NCBI GenBank assembly: GCA_036382515.1
Contig: DASVHQ010000289.1
Location: forward strand, 8,176-72,175
Length of the DNA stretch: 64,000 nucleotides
Direction: 5' to 3'
From: Polyangiales bacterium
Lineage (GTDB): Bacteria; Myxococcota_A; Polyangia; Polyangiales; JAFGIB01
Part shown: piece by piece, positions 21,256 to 30,456 of the stretch
Numbering within the stretch: position 1 is the stretch's first letter
Layout: each line of letters starts with the position of its first letter
Position numbers and translations under genes: made by a program
The notes under the pieces: model-generated
Told to the model about the DNA's origin: nothing
Databases searched by the model: none
The model's input: only the letters and a program-made list of their open reading frames with translations

Positions 21256-22851
21256 TCAGTTCCACGGATCGAGCACTTCGGTCTGGACGCGGCCGCTCTT
21301 TTGACCGCCCGCTGCCGCGGGCTTGTCGCCTGCAGGCGCGGCGCCGTTCTTGCTCTTGGGCTTGGAGGAGCCTGCGTGCGTGCTCGCGCGCGGCTCCTCG
21401 GCCTTGGGCTTCTGCGTGAGCTTGACGGTGAGCGTGTCTTCGGTGAGCGCGGAGATCACGATCGCCTTGCTCTCGTAGCCAGTCGCGCGCAGCTCGAGGT
21501 GCAGCTGCTTGTCGCCGTCGGGCTTGGCCACCGTGTACGGCGCGTTGCCGACCAGCGAGCCGTCTACGTAGACCTCGGCCCCCGCAGGTTCGGCCGCGAC
21601 GGTGACTTTGACGGGTGCAGCCGCAGGCGCCGCTGGTGGCGCGGCTGCCGGTTGCGGTGCCTGTTCGGCAGGCTTGGCTGGGTCGCTGGCAGGCTTCACG
21701 ACGTTCGCGGCCTCGCTGCCCTTGCCGCCCGACATCATCGCGACCACGCCGCCCACCACCAGCAGCGCGACCACGCCGATGCCGATGTACAGCGGCGTCT
21801 TGTTCTTGCGCAGCGCGAGCTCGGGCTGTCCCATGCCGACGCTGACGCGCGCCTCGACGCCGGTCAGCGTGGCCTGTCCACCGGCGGCGCGATCGACGCG
21901 CTCCATCACGGCCTTGGGCGTGAGCCCGTGCTCGATGGCCTCGAGATCGGCGGCTAGCTCCGCCATGGTCTGGTAGCGGACATCGGCCTTCTTCTGCAGG
22001 CACTTCAGGATCACAGCTTCGAGCGCGGGCGGCACGTCGACAGGCGGCGGAAGGTCGTGCGGTGCGATCGGGTTTTCGTAGAGGTGCTTGGTGAGGATGC
22101 CCATCAAGTTGTCGGCATCGAACGGCACCTTGCCCGTGGCCATCTCGTACAGGATCACGCCGACCGCGTAGATGTCGGTGCGATGATCGACGTTGGTGCC
22201 AGCGCACTGCTCGGGAGACATGTAGTGCGGCGTTCCGAACACCTGGCCCGCTTGGGTGAGCTTGCTGGTGTTGCCGCCGACCTTCGCGATACCGAAGTCG
22301 AGAACCTTGACGAAGTCTTTTTCCGAACCGCGCTCCACCAGCTGCACGTTGTCGGGCTTCATGTCGCGGTGGACGATGCCGATTTCGTGGGCTGCGCCGA
22401 GTGCGCCCGCCAGCTGCTTCACCACGCGGATCGTGCGCTCGGGCGGGAACTTGCCCTGAGCCATCGCGTCGGTGAGCGAACGCCCACTGAGGAACTCCAT
22501 CACGAAGTACGTGGAGCCGTCGGGCAGCGAGCCGAAGTCACTGATGTCGATGATGTGTTGGTTACCGATCGCCGATGCGCTCTGCGCTTCTTGCCGGAAG
22601 CGGGCCACGATCTCGTCGTTCTTCGAGACCTCGGGCCGCAGCACCTTGATCGCCAGAGCCTTGCCGAGCGTGGTGTGCACCGCCTTGTAGACGATGCCCA
22701 TGCCGCCTTCGCCCAGGACCTTCTCGACCCGGTAGCGACCGTCCAGAACCTGACCGATGAGCGGGTCGTTCACGTGCCTGCTGTGCACTCCGGTCGGGGC
22801 GGCCCCGGCGCCCGCCGCGGCCTGCGTGCCGTTTCCACCTTGTTCAGACAT
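21256..22851 (-). CDS. Ser/Thr protein kinase with TM segment and C-terminal PEGA-like domain
   Basis: Kinase motifs ALAIKVL, HRDMKPDNV, DFGIAK, YMSPEQ. TM segment IGIGVVALLVVGGVVAMM. PEGA-like VKVTVAAEPAGAEVYVDGSLVGNAPY. ATG 22851 with AAGGA upstream. Confidence 0.9.
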   Translation of the reverse strand: MSEQGGNGTQAAAGAGAAPTGVHSRHVNDPLIGQVLDGRYRVEKVLGEGGMGIVYKAVHTTLGKALAIKVLRPEVSKNDEIVARFRQEAQSASAIGNQHIIDISDFGSLPDGSTYFVMEFLSGRSLTDAMAQGKFPPERTIRVVKQLAGALGAAHEIGIVHRDMKPDNVQLVERGSEKDFVKVLDFGIAKVGGNTSKLTQAGQVFGTPHYMSPEQCAGTNVDHRTDIYAVGVILYEMATGKVPFDADNLMGILTKHLYENPIAPHDLPPPVDVPPALEAVILKCLQKKADVRYQTMAELAADLEAIEHGLTPKAVMERVDRAAGGQATLTGVEARVSVGMGQPELALRKNKTPLYIGIGVVALLVVGGVVAMMSGGKGSEAANVVKPASDPAKPAEQAPQPAAAPPAAPAAAPVKVTVAAEPAGAEVYVDGSLVGNAPYTVAKPDGDKQLHLELRATGYESKAIVISALTEDTLTVKLTQKPKAEEPRASTHAGSSKPKSKNGAAPAGDKPAAAGGQKSGRVQTEVLDPWN

Positions 22852-23108
22852 GCCAAGCGGTCCTTGCTGCGGTGTCCAAGAGTGTGACCCAACCCCAAAC
22901 GACGTGCGACGACCGGCCACGAAAGTCGTTCACACTGGTAAGAAAGACAGCTTCTCATGATTGGTCATTCGCGCAGGACGGTCAAGTTCCGCCCGGGCTT
23001 TCGCATCGCTGAATCTGCACGGATTCCCGCGTTGCGCGCCGGCCCGCGGCTTTCGCCCGTATAGCGTGCGCTGCGCACCCGCGCCCACGTTGGCGCCACC
23101 GGCGGTGC

Positions 23109-24269
23109 TCAGTCTTCGTCCTCGATCTCGAAGACCTCGCGGTCGGTGTTCGGTGTAGCGTCCGCGTGCTCGGAAGCTTCAGGCTCGGGTGCGCCCAGGT
23201 GGTCGTCCCGGACAGCGGCTTCGCTCTCGGCGGGCGGCGACGACGGCTCGGCGCCGCCCTCTTCTTCCTCGACGCGCTTGGCCGCCTCCGCAATCGCGAA
23301 CAGCTCCTCGTCGCCGATCTCCGGCAGCTCGTCGGCCGCAGCGGCTTCGCTGCTGTCCTGTGCCGCCGCTGCGAAGTCGGCTGATTCTCCGGTCTTGCGC
23401 TGGAAGAGCGCGCGGTTCTCCTCGGTCAGGTCGGTGAACTCACGCAGGGTCGGCAGCTCCTGCATGCCGCGCAGACCGAAGAACTCCAGGAAGTAGGGGG
23501 CCGTGCCGTACAGCAGCGGGCGCCCGGGTTCGTCCTTGCGGCCCAGGATCTTCAGCAGGCCTCGCTCCAGCAACACCTTGAGGGCGGAGCCGCTGTCGAC
23601 GCCCCGTACGTCGTCAATCTCGGGCCGCGTGATCGGCTGCCGGTACGCGACCAGGGCCAGGGTTTCCAGCTGCGCGCGCGTCAGGCGAACGGGTCGTGCC
23701 GCCACCAAATCTCGCACGAACGGCGCGCTTGCCGCCGCCGAGCGGAACTGGAAACCGCTGGACACCTCGACGAGCTCGATGCCGCGGCCCGAGTACTCTT
23801 GCACCAGCTCCAGCAAGAGCTCGCGCACTTCGGCCGACTTCGCTTTCACGATGCGGGCCAGTTGCTGGGCCGTGATGATCTGGTCGGAGACGAAGACCAA
23901 GCTCTCGAGCACACGCTTCAGGTGCTCGCGGGTCTTGGGCGCCTCTGCGGGCGGCTCGGTCCGGATCGGCTCCGCTTCGGCGTCGCTGTCGGCGTCGGCG
24001 TCTGTGTCGTGGGCTGCGTCCGTGTCGGTGTCCGGCGCTTCGTCCGCGTCCACTGCGGTCGACTCTGCGGTCCCTGCGTCCTGCGCGCGCAGCTCGGAGA
24101 CCTCGGACACCAGCTCTGGCGCTGCGTCTTGCGGGGTGTCGTCCGCCACGGGTTCGACTTCGGCTTCGCTGCTCGCGCGGTTCGACTCGGACGCGGACTC
24201 GCTCGTCGCGCTATCTTCCGGCGTCGTCGGTGCTTCGGCAGGTCGTCTGCTGCGTTTGCGAGGGTTCAT
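23109..24269 (-). CDS. scpB: segregation and condensation protein B with long acidic N- and C-terminal extensions
   Basis: Core LESLVFVSDQIITAQQLA...LETLALVAYRQPITRPEIDDVRGVDSGSALKVLLERGLL...GRPLLYGT. ATGA overlap with the scpA stop. Confidence 0.9.
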   Translation of the reverse strand: MNPRKRSRRPAEAPTTPEDSATSESASESNRASSEAEVEPVADDTPQDAAPELVSEVSELRAQDAGTAESTAVDADEAPDTDTDAAHDTDADADSDAEAEPIRTEPPAEAPKTREHLKRVLESLVFVSDQIITAQQLARIVKAKSAEVRELLLELVQEYSGRGIELVEVSSGFQFRSAAASAPFVRDLVAARPVRLTRAQLETLALVAYRQPITRPEIDDVRGVDSGSALKVLLERGLLKILGRKDEPGRPLLYGTAPYFLEFFGLRGMQELPTLREFTDLTEENRALFQRKTGESADFAAAAQDSSEAAAADELPEIGDEELFAIAEAAKRVEEEEGGAEPSSPPAESEAAVRDDHLGAPEPEASEHADATPNTDREVFEIEDED

Positions 24270-25381
24270 AGGTCGGTCTCGTCAATCAGAGCCTGCGTGG
24301 CCGGCTCGGTTGAAGTCGGTCGTAGCTCGCCAGCGGTGTCGTCGGGCGCCATCGGGGCTGGCACCGTGTCAGCTGCATCGGCAGCATCGGTGACTTCGGT
24401 CGTGTCGGTGGCCTCAGCGACGCCCGTGGCTTCAGCGTCGTCGGTAGTCTCAGCGGCGACAGTCCCCTCGGTCGGCGAGGCGAGTGATTCTTCTTCGGCC
24501 TGGCTCGCGAGCGCCGCGACGTCCGGCGATTCAGCCTCCACGTCGGGGTGCGCTTGCGGCTCCGTGTCGGACGGGACGAACGGCTCGCGCGGGCCGCGTT
24601 CCGAGGCGGGCGGTATCGTGGGCGCATCCGCGTCGAGCAGCGCGTATTGCACGTGCAGCGGCGACGCCGGATCCGACTGGTAGATGCGCGTCATGCGCAG
24701 CTTGGTCATCTCGAGCAGCGCCATGAACGTGACCACGACTTCGTAGCGCGTGCGATCCCCTTCGAACAGCTCCTCGAACGTGCACTCGCGCTTGCTGCGC
24801 AGCAGGTCGGCAAGCTGCGAGATGCGCTCGTGGATGGTGATGCGTTCGGCGCTGACCTCGAGCGCCACGCGACCCTTGACGCGCTTGAGGATGCCCTGGA
24901 ACGCGTCGAGCAGCTTGTAGATCTCGATCTGCGCGAGCGGCGCAGGACCCTGTGCTTCGGGCGCGGGCATGCCGCGTGCGAACACGTCGCGACCCTCGAG
25001 TGGACGTGCGCCCAGCTCTTCGGCCGCGGCGCGGTACTTTTGGTACTCGAGCAGGCGCCGGATCAGCTCCTCGCGTGGGTCGCCCAGGTAGACCTCGTCC
25101 GGTTCATCGGGCTGGTCGAGCGGCGACGGCGGCAAGAGCATCTTGGACTTGATGTGCGCGAGCGTCGCCGCCATCAGCAGGTACTCGCTGGCGACGTCGA
25201 GATCGAGCTCGCGCATCATGCCGAGGTACTCGAGGTAGCGCTCGGTCACGAACGAGATCGGCAGATCCAGAATCGGTAGCTCGTGCTTCCTGATCAGGTG
25301 CAAGAGCAGGTCGAGCGGCCCCTCGAAAGTCGGGAGCTGGATGCGGAACTGCGCATCTGCTGGGATGGTCGGCTCGTCCAT
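24266..25381 (-). CDS. scpA: segregation and condensation protein A with acidic low-complexity C-terminal tail
   Basis: FRIQLPTFEGPLDLLLHLIRKHELPILDLPISFVTERYLEYL. Confidence 0.9.
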   Translation of the reverse strand: MDEPTIPADAQFRIQLPTFEGPLDLLLHLIRKHELPILDLPISFVTERYLEYLGMMRELDLDVASEYLLMAATLAHIKSKMLLPPSPLDQPDEPDEVYLGDPREELIRRLLEYQKYRAAAEELGARPLEGRDVFARGMPAPEAQGPAPLAQIEIYKLLDAFQGILKRVKGRVALEVSAERITIHERISQLADLLRSKRECTFEELFEGDRTRYEVVVTFMALLEMTKLRMTRIYQSDPASPLHVQYALLDADAPTIPPASERGPREPFVPSDTEPQAHPDVEAESPDVAALASQAEEESLASPTEGTVAAETTDDAEATGVAEATDTTEVTDAADAADTVPAPMAPDDTAGELRPTSTEPATQALIDETDL

Positions 25382-25604
25382 GACGGGGCGGGGAGCTAAC
25401 TATCTCCGGCAGCCGGGTGTCAACGTTCGCCGCGTCACAATGCGGTATCACGGCCCATAGAGGTGGGCATCAACCCTACCCGTTCGTTCACGCCACTACC
25501 AAGCGTCTGCGCAAAGGGGTGTTCGGCATTGATGCCTGGCACGAAGATCGGCACTCTCTTCAGGTGACCCTGCCATTTTCCAGAGTGCACGGAGCGGCAC
25601 CGGG

Positions 25605-27164
25605 ATGAGCCAAGCATGCGCGCGCTGCGGGGGCCAAGTGACCCAGGGCTCCGCGGTGTGCGGGCGCTGTGGAGCACGTCTGCCCGCACCTGCGCAGAAC
25701 AGCGCCGCCGGCTGGGGCGGGCTCGACATCGAGCGCAACGCCTTGCCGCAGTCGGGGGCAACGTCCAACACGTTGTCAGGTGCGCGCGCGCCGGCCTCGT
25801 CGCGGACCACAGGCACGCGGCGCGCAAATCCCGAGGCGAGCGCGGCGTCGCAGCGCATGCCGGCGTCGCCTGCGTCGCCCAACTCGCGGTCCCTGGCCAC
25901 GCAGCGCTCCTCCGTGACGCGCGCTAGCGCCCCGGGCAATCAGGCAGCGGCCAGCGCTGCTGCTGCGGCGCGCGTGGCGGCCGTCGTGCAGTCGACGCCT
26001 GCAGCCGTTCCCGGTGTCAGAACGAATGCGGACCAAGCCCTCTCCGGCGTGAATGGCTACGGTGACCTCGAGAATCTCACCGGCTTCGACGGTGCGCCGG
26101 CCCTCGACCTGGTCTCCGTTCCGCCCCCTCGCCCCGCGTCGTCGCCACCCGCGGCGCAGACACCCGCTTCGCTGGAGCGCAGTCGGGCCGACCAAGCGCG
26201 CGCGCTGGCCGCCTACGGCGATGCGCCCAAGAAGCTGTACCAGACGGTTCCGTATTTCATTCGTGTGCTCATGCGCAAGCGCGAGCTCGATGCGGAGCTG
26301 GCGTCGATCACGCCAATGCGCAAGCGGCTGGACGGCCAAGCCGAAGATGCGATGTGCGCGCTCGCGGAGCTGTACTACGGCCAGCGCACCGACCCGCGGC
26401 TGAAGCCCCTGGCGCAGCAGCTGCGCGTGGTGGCCGAGAGTCAGAGCCACGTCGGCGCAGAGGAAGCCGCCGGCGCGCGCGTCGCGGAGCAGCACAAGCG
26501 CGAGATCGACCGCGTCTTGGCCGACATCCACAAGCTCGAACGGCAAGCGGAGCCCCTGCGCAAGCGCGAAGCGGAAGCTCAGCACCGGGCCGATACGCAC
26601 AAGGCACAGATCCGCCGCAACGAGGCGCTGGTGCGCAAGGCCGAGGCCGAGATCAAGGCACTCAAGACCTCCACGGATGTGACGGCCATCGACCGCATCA
26701 CCGCGCTCGAGGCGGATCGGCAGGCGCATCACGGCGAGATCCAGACGCTGAACGTGCAACTTTTGCCATTGCAGGAAGACCTGGGCGCCCTGCGGCGCGA
26801 GCTCGCCAAGCAACTGGGCACCATCACCGCGCTCCACGAGGAGCAGCGCAAGCTCAGCTCCGTGGCGGACCGCGAAACGCAGCGCCATCGCTTGACCACC
26901 GGTGGTGCGCGCACCGCCCACCGCGAAGCCCTGCGGTCGCTGGCGACCGCTGCCTTGCGCGCGCAGCTCGGTGGTTTCTTTCCCGAGCAGGCGAAGGTCG
27001 CCGTCGAGGCCGAACAGCGGGCTGCGAAGAAGCGCGAGGCGGAGGAGGTGCAGCGAGCCGCCGCGAGCGCCTACGACGACGCCAAGTACAAGCAGGGCAT
27101 GTTCATTTTGGTTGGCGGCACCGCGTTCGTCTTTTTGGTGTTCGCAGGGCTCATCGTGCTCTGA
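25605..27164 (+). CDS. hypothetical protein: N-terminal zinc ribbon, disordered region, long coiled coil, C-terminal TM anchor
   Basis: MSQACARCGGQVTQGSAVCGRCG has CxxC...CxxC. About 250 aa are heptad-like and charged. The C-terminus is FILVGGTAFVFLVFAGLIVL. Confidence 0.7.
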   Translation: MSQACARCGGQVTQGSAVCGRCGARLPAPAQNSAAGWGGLDIERNALPQSGATSNTLSGARAPASSRTTGTRRANPEASAASQRMPASPASPNSRSLATQRSSVTRASAPGNQAAASAAAAARVAAVVQSTPAAVPGVRTNADQALSGVNGYGDLENLTGFDGAPALDLVSVPPPRPASSPPAAQTPASLERSRADQARALAAYGDAPKKLYQTVPYFIRVLMRKRELDAELASITPMRKRLDGQAEDAMCALAELYYGQRTDPRLKPLAQQLRVVAESQSHVGAEEAAGARVAEQHKREIDRVLADIHKLERQAEPLRKREAEAQHRADTHKAQIRRNEALVRKAEAEIKALKTSTDVTAIDRITALEADRQAHHGEIQTLNVQLLPLQEDLGALRRELAKQLGTITALHEEQRKLSSVADRETQRHRLTTGGARTAHREALRSLATAALRAQLGGFFPEQAKVAVEAEQRAAKKREAEEVQRAAASAYDDAKYKQGMFILVGGTAFVFLVFAGLIVL

Positions 27165-27193
27165 GTTGGCAGCGCGCGTCGAGCCCGCGCAGC

Positions 27194-27667
27194 TCACGCA
27201 TCGAGCGCATCGAGCGCTTCGAGCACGGCGTCGACGTGGCCCTTGACCTTCACCTTGCGGAAGATCTTCTTCACCTTGCCCGCCGGGTCGATCACCACGG
27301 TGGTGCGGATCACCCCGACGCTCTTCTTGCCGTACAGCGTCTTCTCGCCCCAGGCGTCGTACTTCTCGAGCACCTCGTGGTCGGGGTCGCTCAGCAGCGG
27401 GAAGGCCAGGCCGTACTTCTGGCCGAACTTGCAGTGTGACTCGATCGAGTCGCGGCTGACGCCGAGCACCACGGCATTGCGCTTCTTCAGCTGCGGCAAC
27501 GCCTTCTGGAAGTCCTGGGCCTCGAGCGTGCAGCCCGGCGTGCTGTCCTTCGGGTAGAAGTAGAGCACCACGGACTTACCGGCGAAGTCCTTGAGCGACA
27601 CCTTGCCGCCGCCGGAGCTGGCGAGCGTGAATGCTGGCGCGCGCTTGTCTTCTTCGAGCATGGCCAT
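27194..27667 (-). CDS. bcp: peroxiredoxin Bcp (thiol peroxidase)
   Basis: KSVVLYFYPKDSTPGCTLEAQDF. Confidence 0.92.
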   Translation of the reverse strand: MAMLEEDKRAPAFTLASSGGGKVSLKDFAGKSVVLYFYPKDSTPGCTLEAQDFQKALPQLKKRNAVVLGVSRDSIESHCKFGQKYGLAFPLLSDPDHEVLEKYDAWGEKTLYGKKSVGVIRTTVVIDPAGKVKKIFRKVKVKGHVDAVLEALDALDA

Positions 27668-27833
27668 TCTCCTGGCAGAGCCGCGTGGGCTCGTTGCGAG
27701 GGCCTAGACCTGCATGCGGCACGGCCAACTGTCAATGGTGGGAGCAGCCGCAGGGCGCGCCGCGCCGGCTTCGACCGGCGCAAACGCGTGTCTTGTAGGG
27801 TTGGCCGCCGCTCGGTGTTAATCTGTTCGGACG

Positions 27834-28523
27834 ATGGCCCAGACGCTGGTGATCGGCGACGTCCACGGTTGTTTGCACGAGCTCGAGGATCTGCTCGATG
27901 CATGTGCCTATGCCTCGGGCGATCAGCTGATCCTGGTCGGGGATCTGGTCGCCAAGGGTCCGGACTCGCGTGGCGTGCTTCGGCTTGTGCGCCAGCTGAA
28001 AGCCCGGGCGGTGCGGGGCAATCACGACCAAGCCGTGCTGCGCTGGCATGCAGCGCTGCACGCTGGCACGGCGCCGACCCAGGGCACGCATCACTTGCGC
28101 CTCGCGCGCTCGCTCGACGCCGACGACTGGTCCGTGCTGCTGGCATTGCCGCTGTTTCTGCGCCTGCCGGAGCACGCAGCGATCGTCGTGCATGCGGGGC
28201 TGGTGCCGGGCATCGAGCTGGAACACCAGGCCCCGGACTTACTCATGAACATGCGGACGCTGCGCGCTGACGGCACCGGCTCGCGTCGTGCCGAGGACGG
28301 CGTGCTGTGGGGCTCGCGCTGGCGGGGCCCGGACCTGGTGCTCTTCGGACACCACGCGCTGGCGGGCTTGCAGCGTCACCCACACGCAGTCGGCCTCGAC
28401 ACCGGCTGCGTGTACGGCGGCAAGCTCAGCGCCTACGTCCTGCCGCAGGCACGCGTGGTGTCGGTGCCTGCCCGTGACGTCTACGTTCCGATCGACAGCG
28501 AACCGCCGAAAGGCTCGTCGTGA
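27834..28523 (+). CDS. PPP-family metallophosphoesterase (ApaH/PrpE-like)
   Basis: LVIGDVHGCLHEL, LVGDLVAKGPDS, RGNHD, VVHAG, LFGHHA. Confidence 0.85.
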   Translation: MAQTLVIGDVHGCLHELEDLLDACAYASGDQLILVGDLVAKGPDSRGVLRLVRQLKARAVRGNHDQAVLRWHAALHAGTAPTQGTHHLRLARSLDADDWSVLLALPLFLRLPEHAAIVVHAGLVPGIELEHQAPDLLMNMRTLRADGTGSRRAEDGVLWGSRWRGPDLVLFGHHALAGLQRHPHAVGLDTGCVYGGKLSAYVLPQARVVSVPARDVYVPIDSEPPKGSS

Positions 28524-28891
28524 GCCTGCCGGTGCCCGCGCAACCGGCGCGCGTGTTTGCGGCCAGCTTGGCCGTGCTCGACGAGCAAGTTGTCGTGGTG
28601 GTGCCGCTCGCACCCGATGCCGACGCACGCCCGCGCGAGGCCATCGTGTTGCGCGACGAACGCGGTGTGCTGCGTGCATATCGCAACCTGTGCCAGCACT
28701 TGCCGGTGCCTCTCGATGCCGGCTCGCGACGCTTCATCTTCTCCGGCTACCTGCTGTGTGGCACCCATGGCGCGCGCTACCGTCTCGCTGACGGGCTGTG
28801 CGTGCATGGTCCGTGCCTTGGCAAGGCGCTGCGCGTGCTGGAGATCGAGTGCGTCGGTGACCAGCTCTTCGTGCTCGACGCTGGCCAGTGA
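28520..28891 (+). CDS. Rieske [2Fe-2S] domain protein
   Basis: CQH...(19 aa)...CGTH followed by GPC. GTGA overlap with the phosphoesterase stop. Confidence 0.8.
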   Translation: MSLPVPAQPARVFAASLAVLDEQVVVVVPLAPDADARPREAIVLRDERGVLRAYRNLCQHLPVPLDAGSRRFIFSGYLLCGTHGARYRLADGLCVHGPCLGKALRVLEIECVGDQLFVLDAGQ

Positions 28892-28974
28892 GCCGCGCTC
28901 TGCACGCCGCTGCCCTCGTCGGCAGCGCAACGGCAAGCCGGTCGGCGCTCACGGCACGCTCACGCGAGACACGC

Positions 28975-29841
28975 TCACGCGAGACTGGTGGCCACGGGTC
29001 CTGCGCCGCGTACGGCGGCCGGTGCCGAACGCACACCCAGCCGCGCCCAAGGCACGTCTTCGCTGTGCTGCAGGATCTCGCGTCGCGCCGTGAGCACCTC
29101 GCAGCCGGTCTTCGTGACTACGATCGTATGCTCGAACTGCGCCGACAGCGAGCGGTCGGCCGTGAGCACGGTCCACTCGTCCTCGAGGACTTCGCAGGCG
29201 TAGTCGCCGAGGTTGATCATGGGCTCGATCGTGAACACCATGCCGGCCTTCAGGCGCTTGCCGCTGCCGCGCGTGCCGTAGTGCGGCACCTGCGGGGCGG
29301 TGTGGAATTCACGGCCGATGCCATGGCCCACGTAGTCGCGCACCACGGAGCAGCCCTGGGCCTCGGCATAGCTCTGGATGGCTGCGCCGATGTCGCCGAT
29401 GCGTGCGCCCTCGCATACCTCGGCGATGCCCAGCTCGAGACAATGGCGCGCGACCTCGGTCACGCGCTTGGCGTCTTCGCCGGGCGTTCCGACGTAGAAC
29501 GTGGCGCTGGTGTCGCCGTGAAAGCCGTTCTTGGCCGGCAGGTACGAGGTGACGTCCACGTTCACGATGTCGCCGTCGTGCAGCGTGCGCTTGCTCGGGA
29601 TGCCGTGGCACACGGTCTCGTTGACGCTCGTGCACACGCTCTTGGGAAAGCCGTGATAGTTGAGCGGCGACGGCCACGCGCCGTGCTTGACCGTGTAGTC
29701 GTGCACCAACGTGTTGATCTCGTCGGTCGTGACGCCCGCCTGGATGTGCCGGCCCACCATCACCAACGTGTCGGCGGCCAGCTGACAGGCCTGGCGCATC
29801 CGCTCCAGCATGGACGGAGTCATGATTTCAATCGCGCTCAA
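28975..29841 (-). CDS. map: methionine aminopeptidase type I
   Basis: Metal-ligand motifs DIVNVDVT, HGIGREFH, FTIEP, QFEHT. TTG 29841 has GGGGAG 6 nt upstream; ATG 29823 is an alternative. Confidence 0.93.
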   Translation of the reverse strand: MSAIEIMTPSMLERMRQACQLAADTLVMVGRHIQAGVTTDEINTLVHDYTVKHGAWPSPLNYHGFPKSVCTSVNETVCHGIPSKRTLHDGDIVNVDVTSYLPAKNGFHGDTSATFYVGTPGEDAKRVTEVARHCLELGIAEVCEGARIGDIGAAIQSYAEAQGCSVVRDYVGHGIGREFHTAPQVPHYGTRGSGKRLKAGMVFTIEPMINLGDYACEVLEDEWTVLTADRSLSAQFEHTIVVTKTGCEVLTARREILQHSEDVPWARLGVRSAPAAVRGAGPVATSLA

Positions 29842-29933
29842 AGCTCACTCCCCAGCGCACAAACCTAGGGTCTGCCGAGTGTTGCGGCAACCCCGGGCGG
29901 CCTCGCGCACAGAGCGACAGCGGCTCGCCGAGC

Positions 29934-30071
29934 TCAAATCGAAGCCAGCGTGTAGATGATCGTCACGCACGTGCCCAGAAACGCCAAACCAAAGCCGAAC
30001 AAGCGGGGTCCGGTCCAGTAAGCCTCTTCGCGCGCGATGCGTGCGCTGCGTGCCTCGTCCGATTCACTCAC
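29934..30071 (-). CDS. candidate 45-aa single-pass membrane protein
   Basis: Not in the ORF track (under 60 aa, GTG start). Manual translation: VSESDEARSARIAREEAYWTGPRLFGFGLAFLGTCVTIIYTLASI*. Strong SD GGGAGG lies 6 nt before GTG 30071. Confidence 0.4.
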   Translation of the reverse strand: MSESDEARSARIAREEAYWTGPRLFGFGLAFLGTCVTIIYTLASI

Positions 30072-30184
30072 GGCGTGCCTCCCTGCAGAGTCGGCGGGTT
30101 CTTACCTGTGCCAGGCGGCGGCGTCAATCGCGGACCTGCACGGGCACCCGGTGTCGGCGGCCGCGCCCGGGGGCTCGCGGCGCC

Positions 30185-30223
30185 GGAAAAAGAAAACGGC
30201 CCGACGGGGGCATCCGTCGGACC
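30185..30223 (-). terminator. intrinsic (Rho-independent) terminator
   Basis: Minus-strand RNA: GGUCCGACGG-AUGCCC-CCGUCGGGCC (10-bp stem with one G-U pair) followed by GUUUUCUUUUUCC. It lies 56 nt after the stop of the 58-aa ORF. Confidence 0.6.
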
Positions 30224-30279
30224 GTCAAAGGCGTGCTCGAGCTGGCAGGCGCCGAGCACGCACAAGATTGTGGGTGGGC

Positions 30280-30456
30280 TCAGTCGAAGTCGAGCTCGGC
30301 CGGTGCGCGCTCGGTCCAGTCGTCGTGGCCCGCTGTGAAGGTCGCCTCCGCCTCGAGGTCGGCGACCGAGAAGCCGACCTTCTGCATCGGTCGCAGCTCT
30401 TCTCGCTCGAACTCCGCGAACGACCCGTAGTTCTTTGGAACGCCAAACGGAATCAT
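30280..30456 (-). CDS. small acidic hypothetical protein (58 aa)
   Basis: ORF 30280..30465. ATG 30456 has GGAGGG 8 nt upstream. Sequence MIPFGVPKNYGSFAEFEREELRPMQKVGFSVADLEAEATFTAGHDDWTERAPAELDFD. Third codon positions are mostly G/C, and it is followed by its own terminator. Confidence 0.55.
   Translation of the reverse strand: MIPFGVPKNYGSFAEFEREELRPMQKVGFSVADLEAEATFTAGHDDWTERAPAELDFD

Noticed and set aside
25776-27197. 473-aa minus-strand ORF opposite the zinc-ribbon coiled-coil gene
   Set aside because: It is extremely Arg/Gly-rich. The plus-strand frame has coherent architecture (zinc ribbon, coiled coil, TM anchor).
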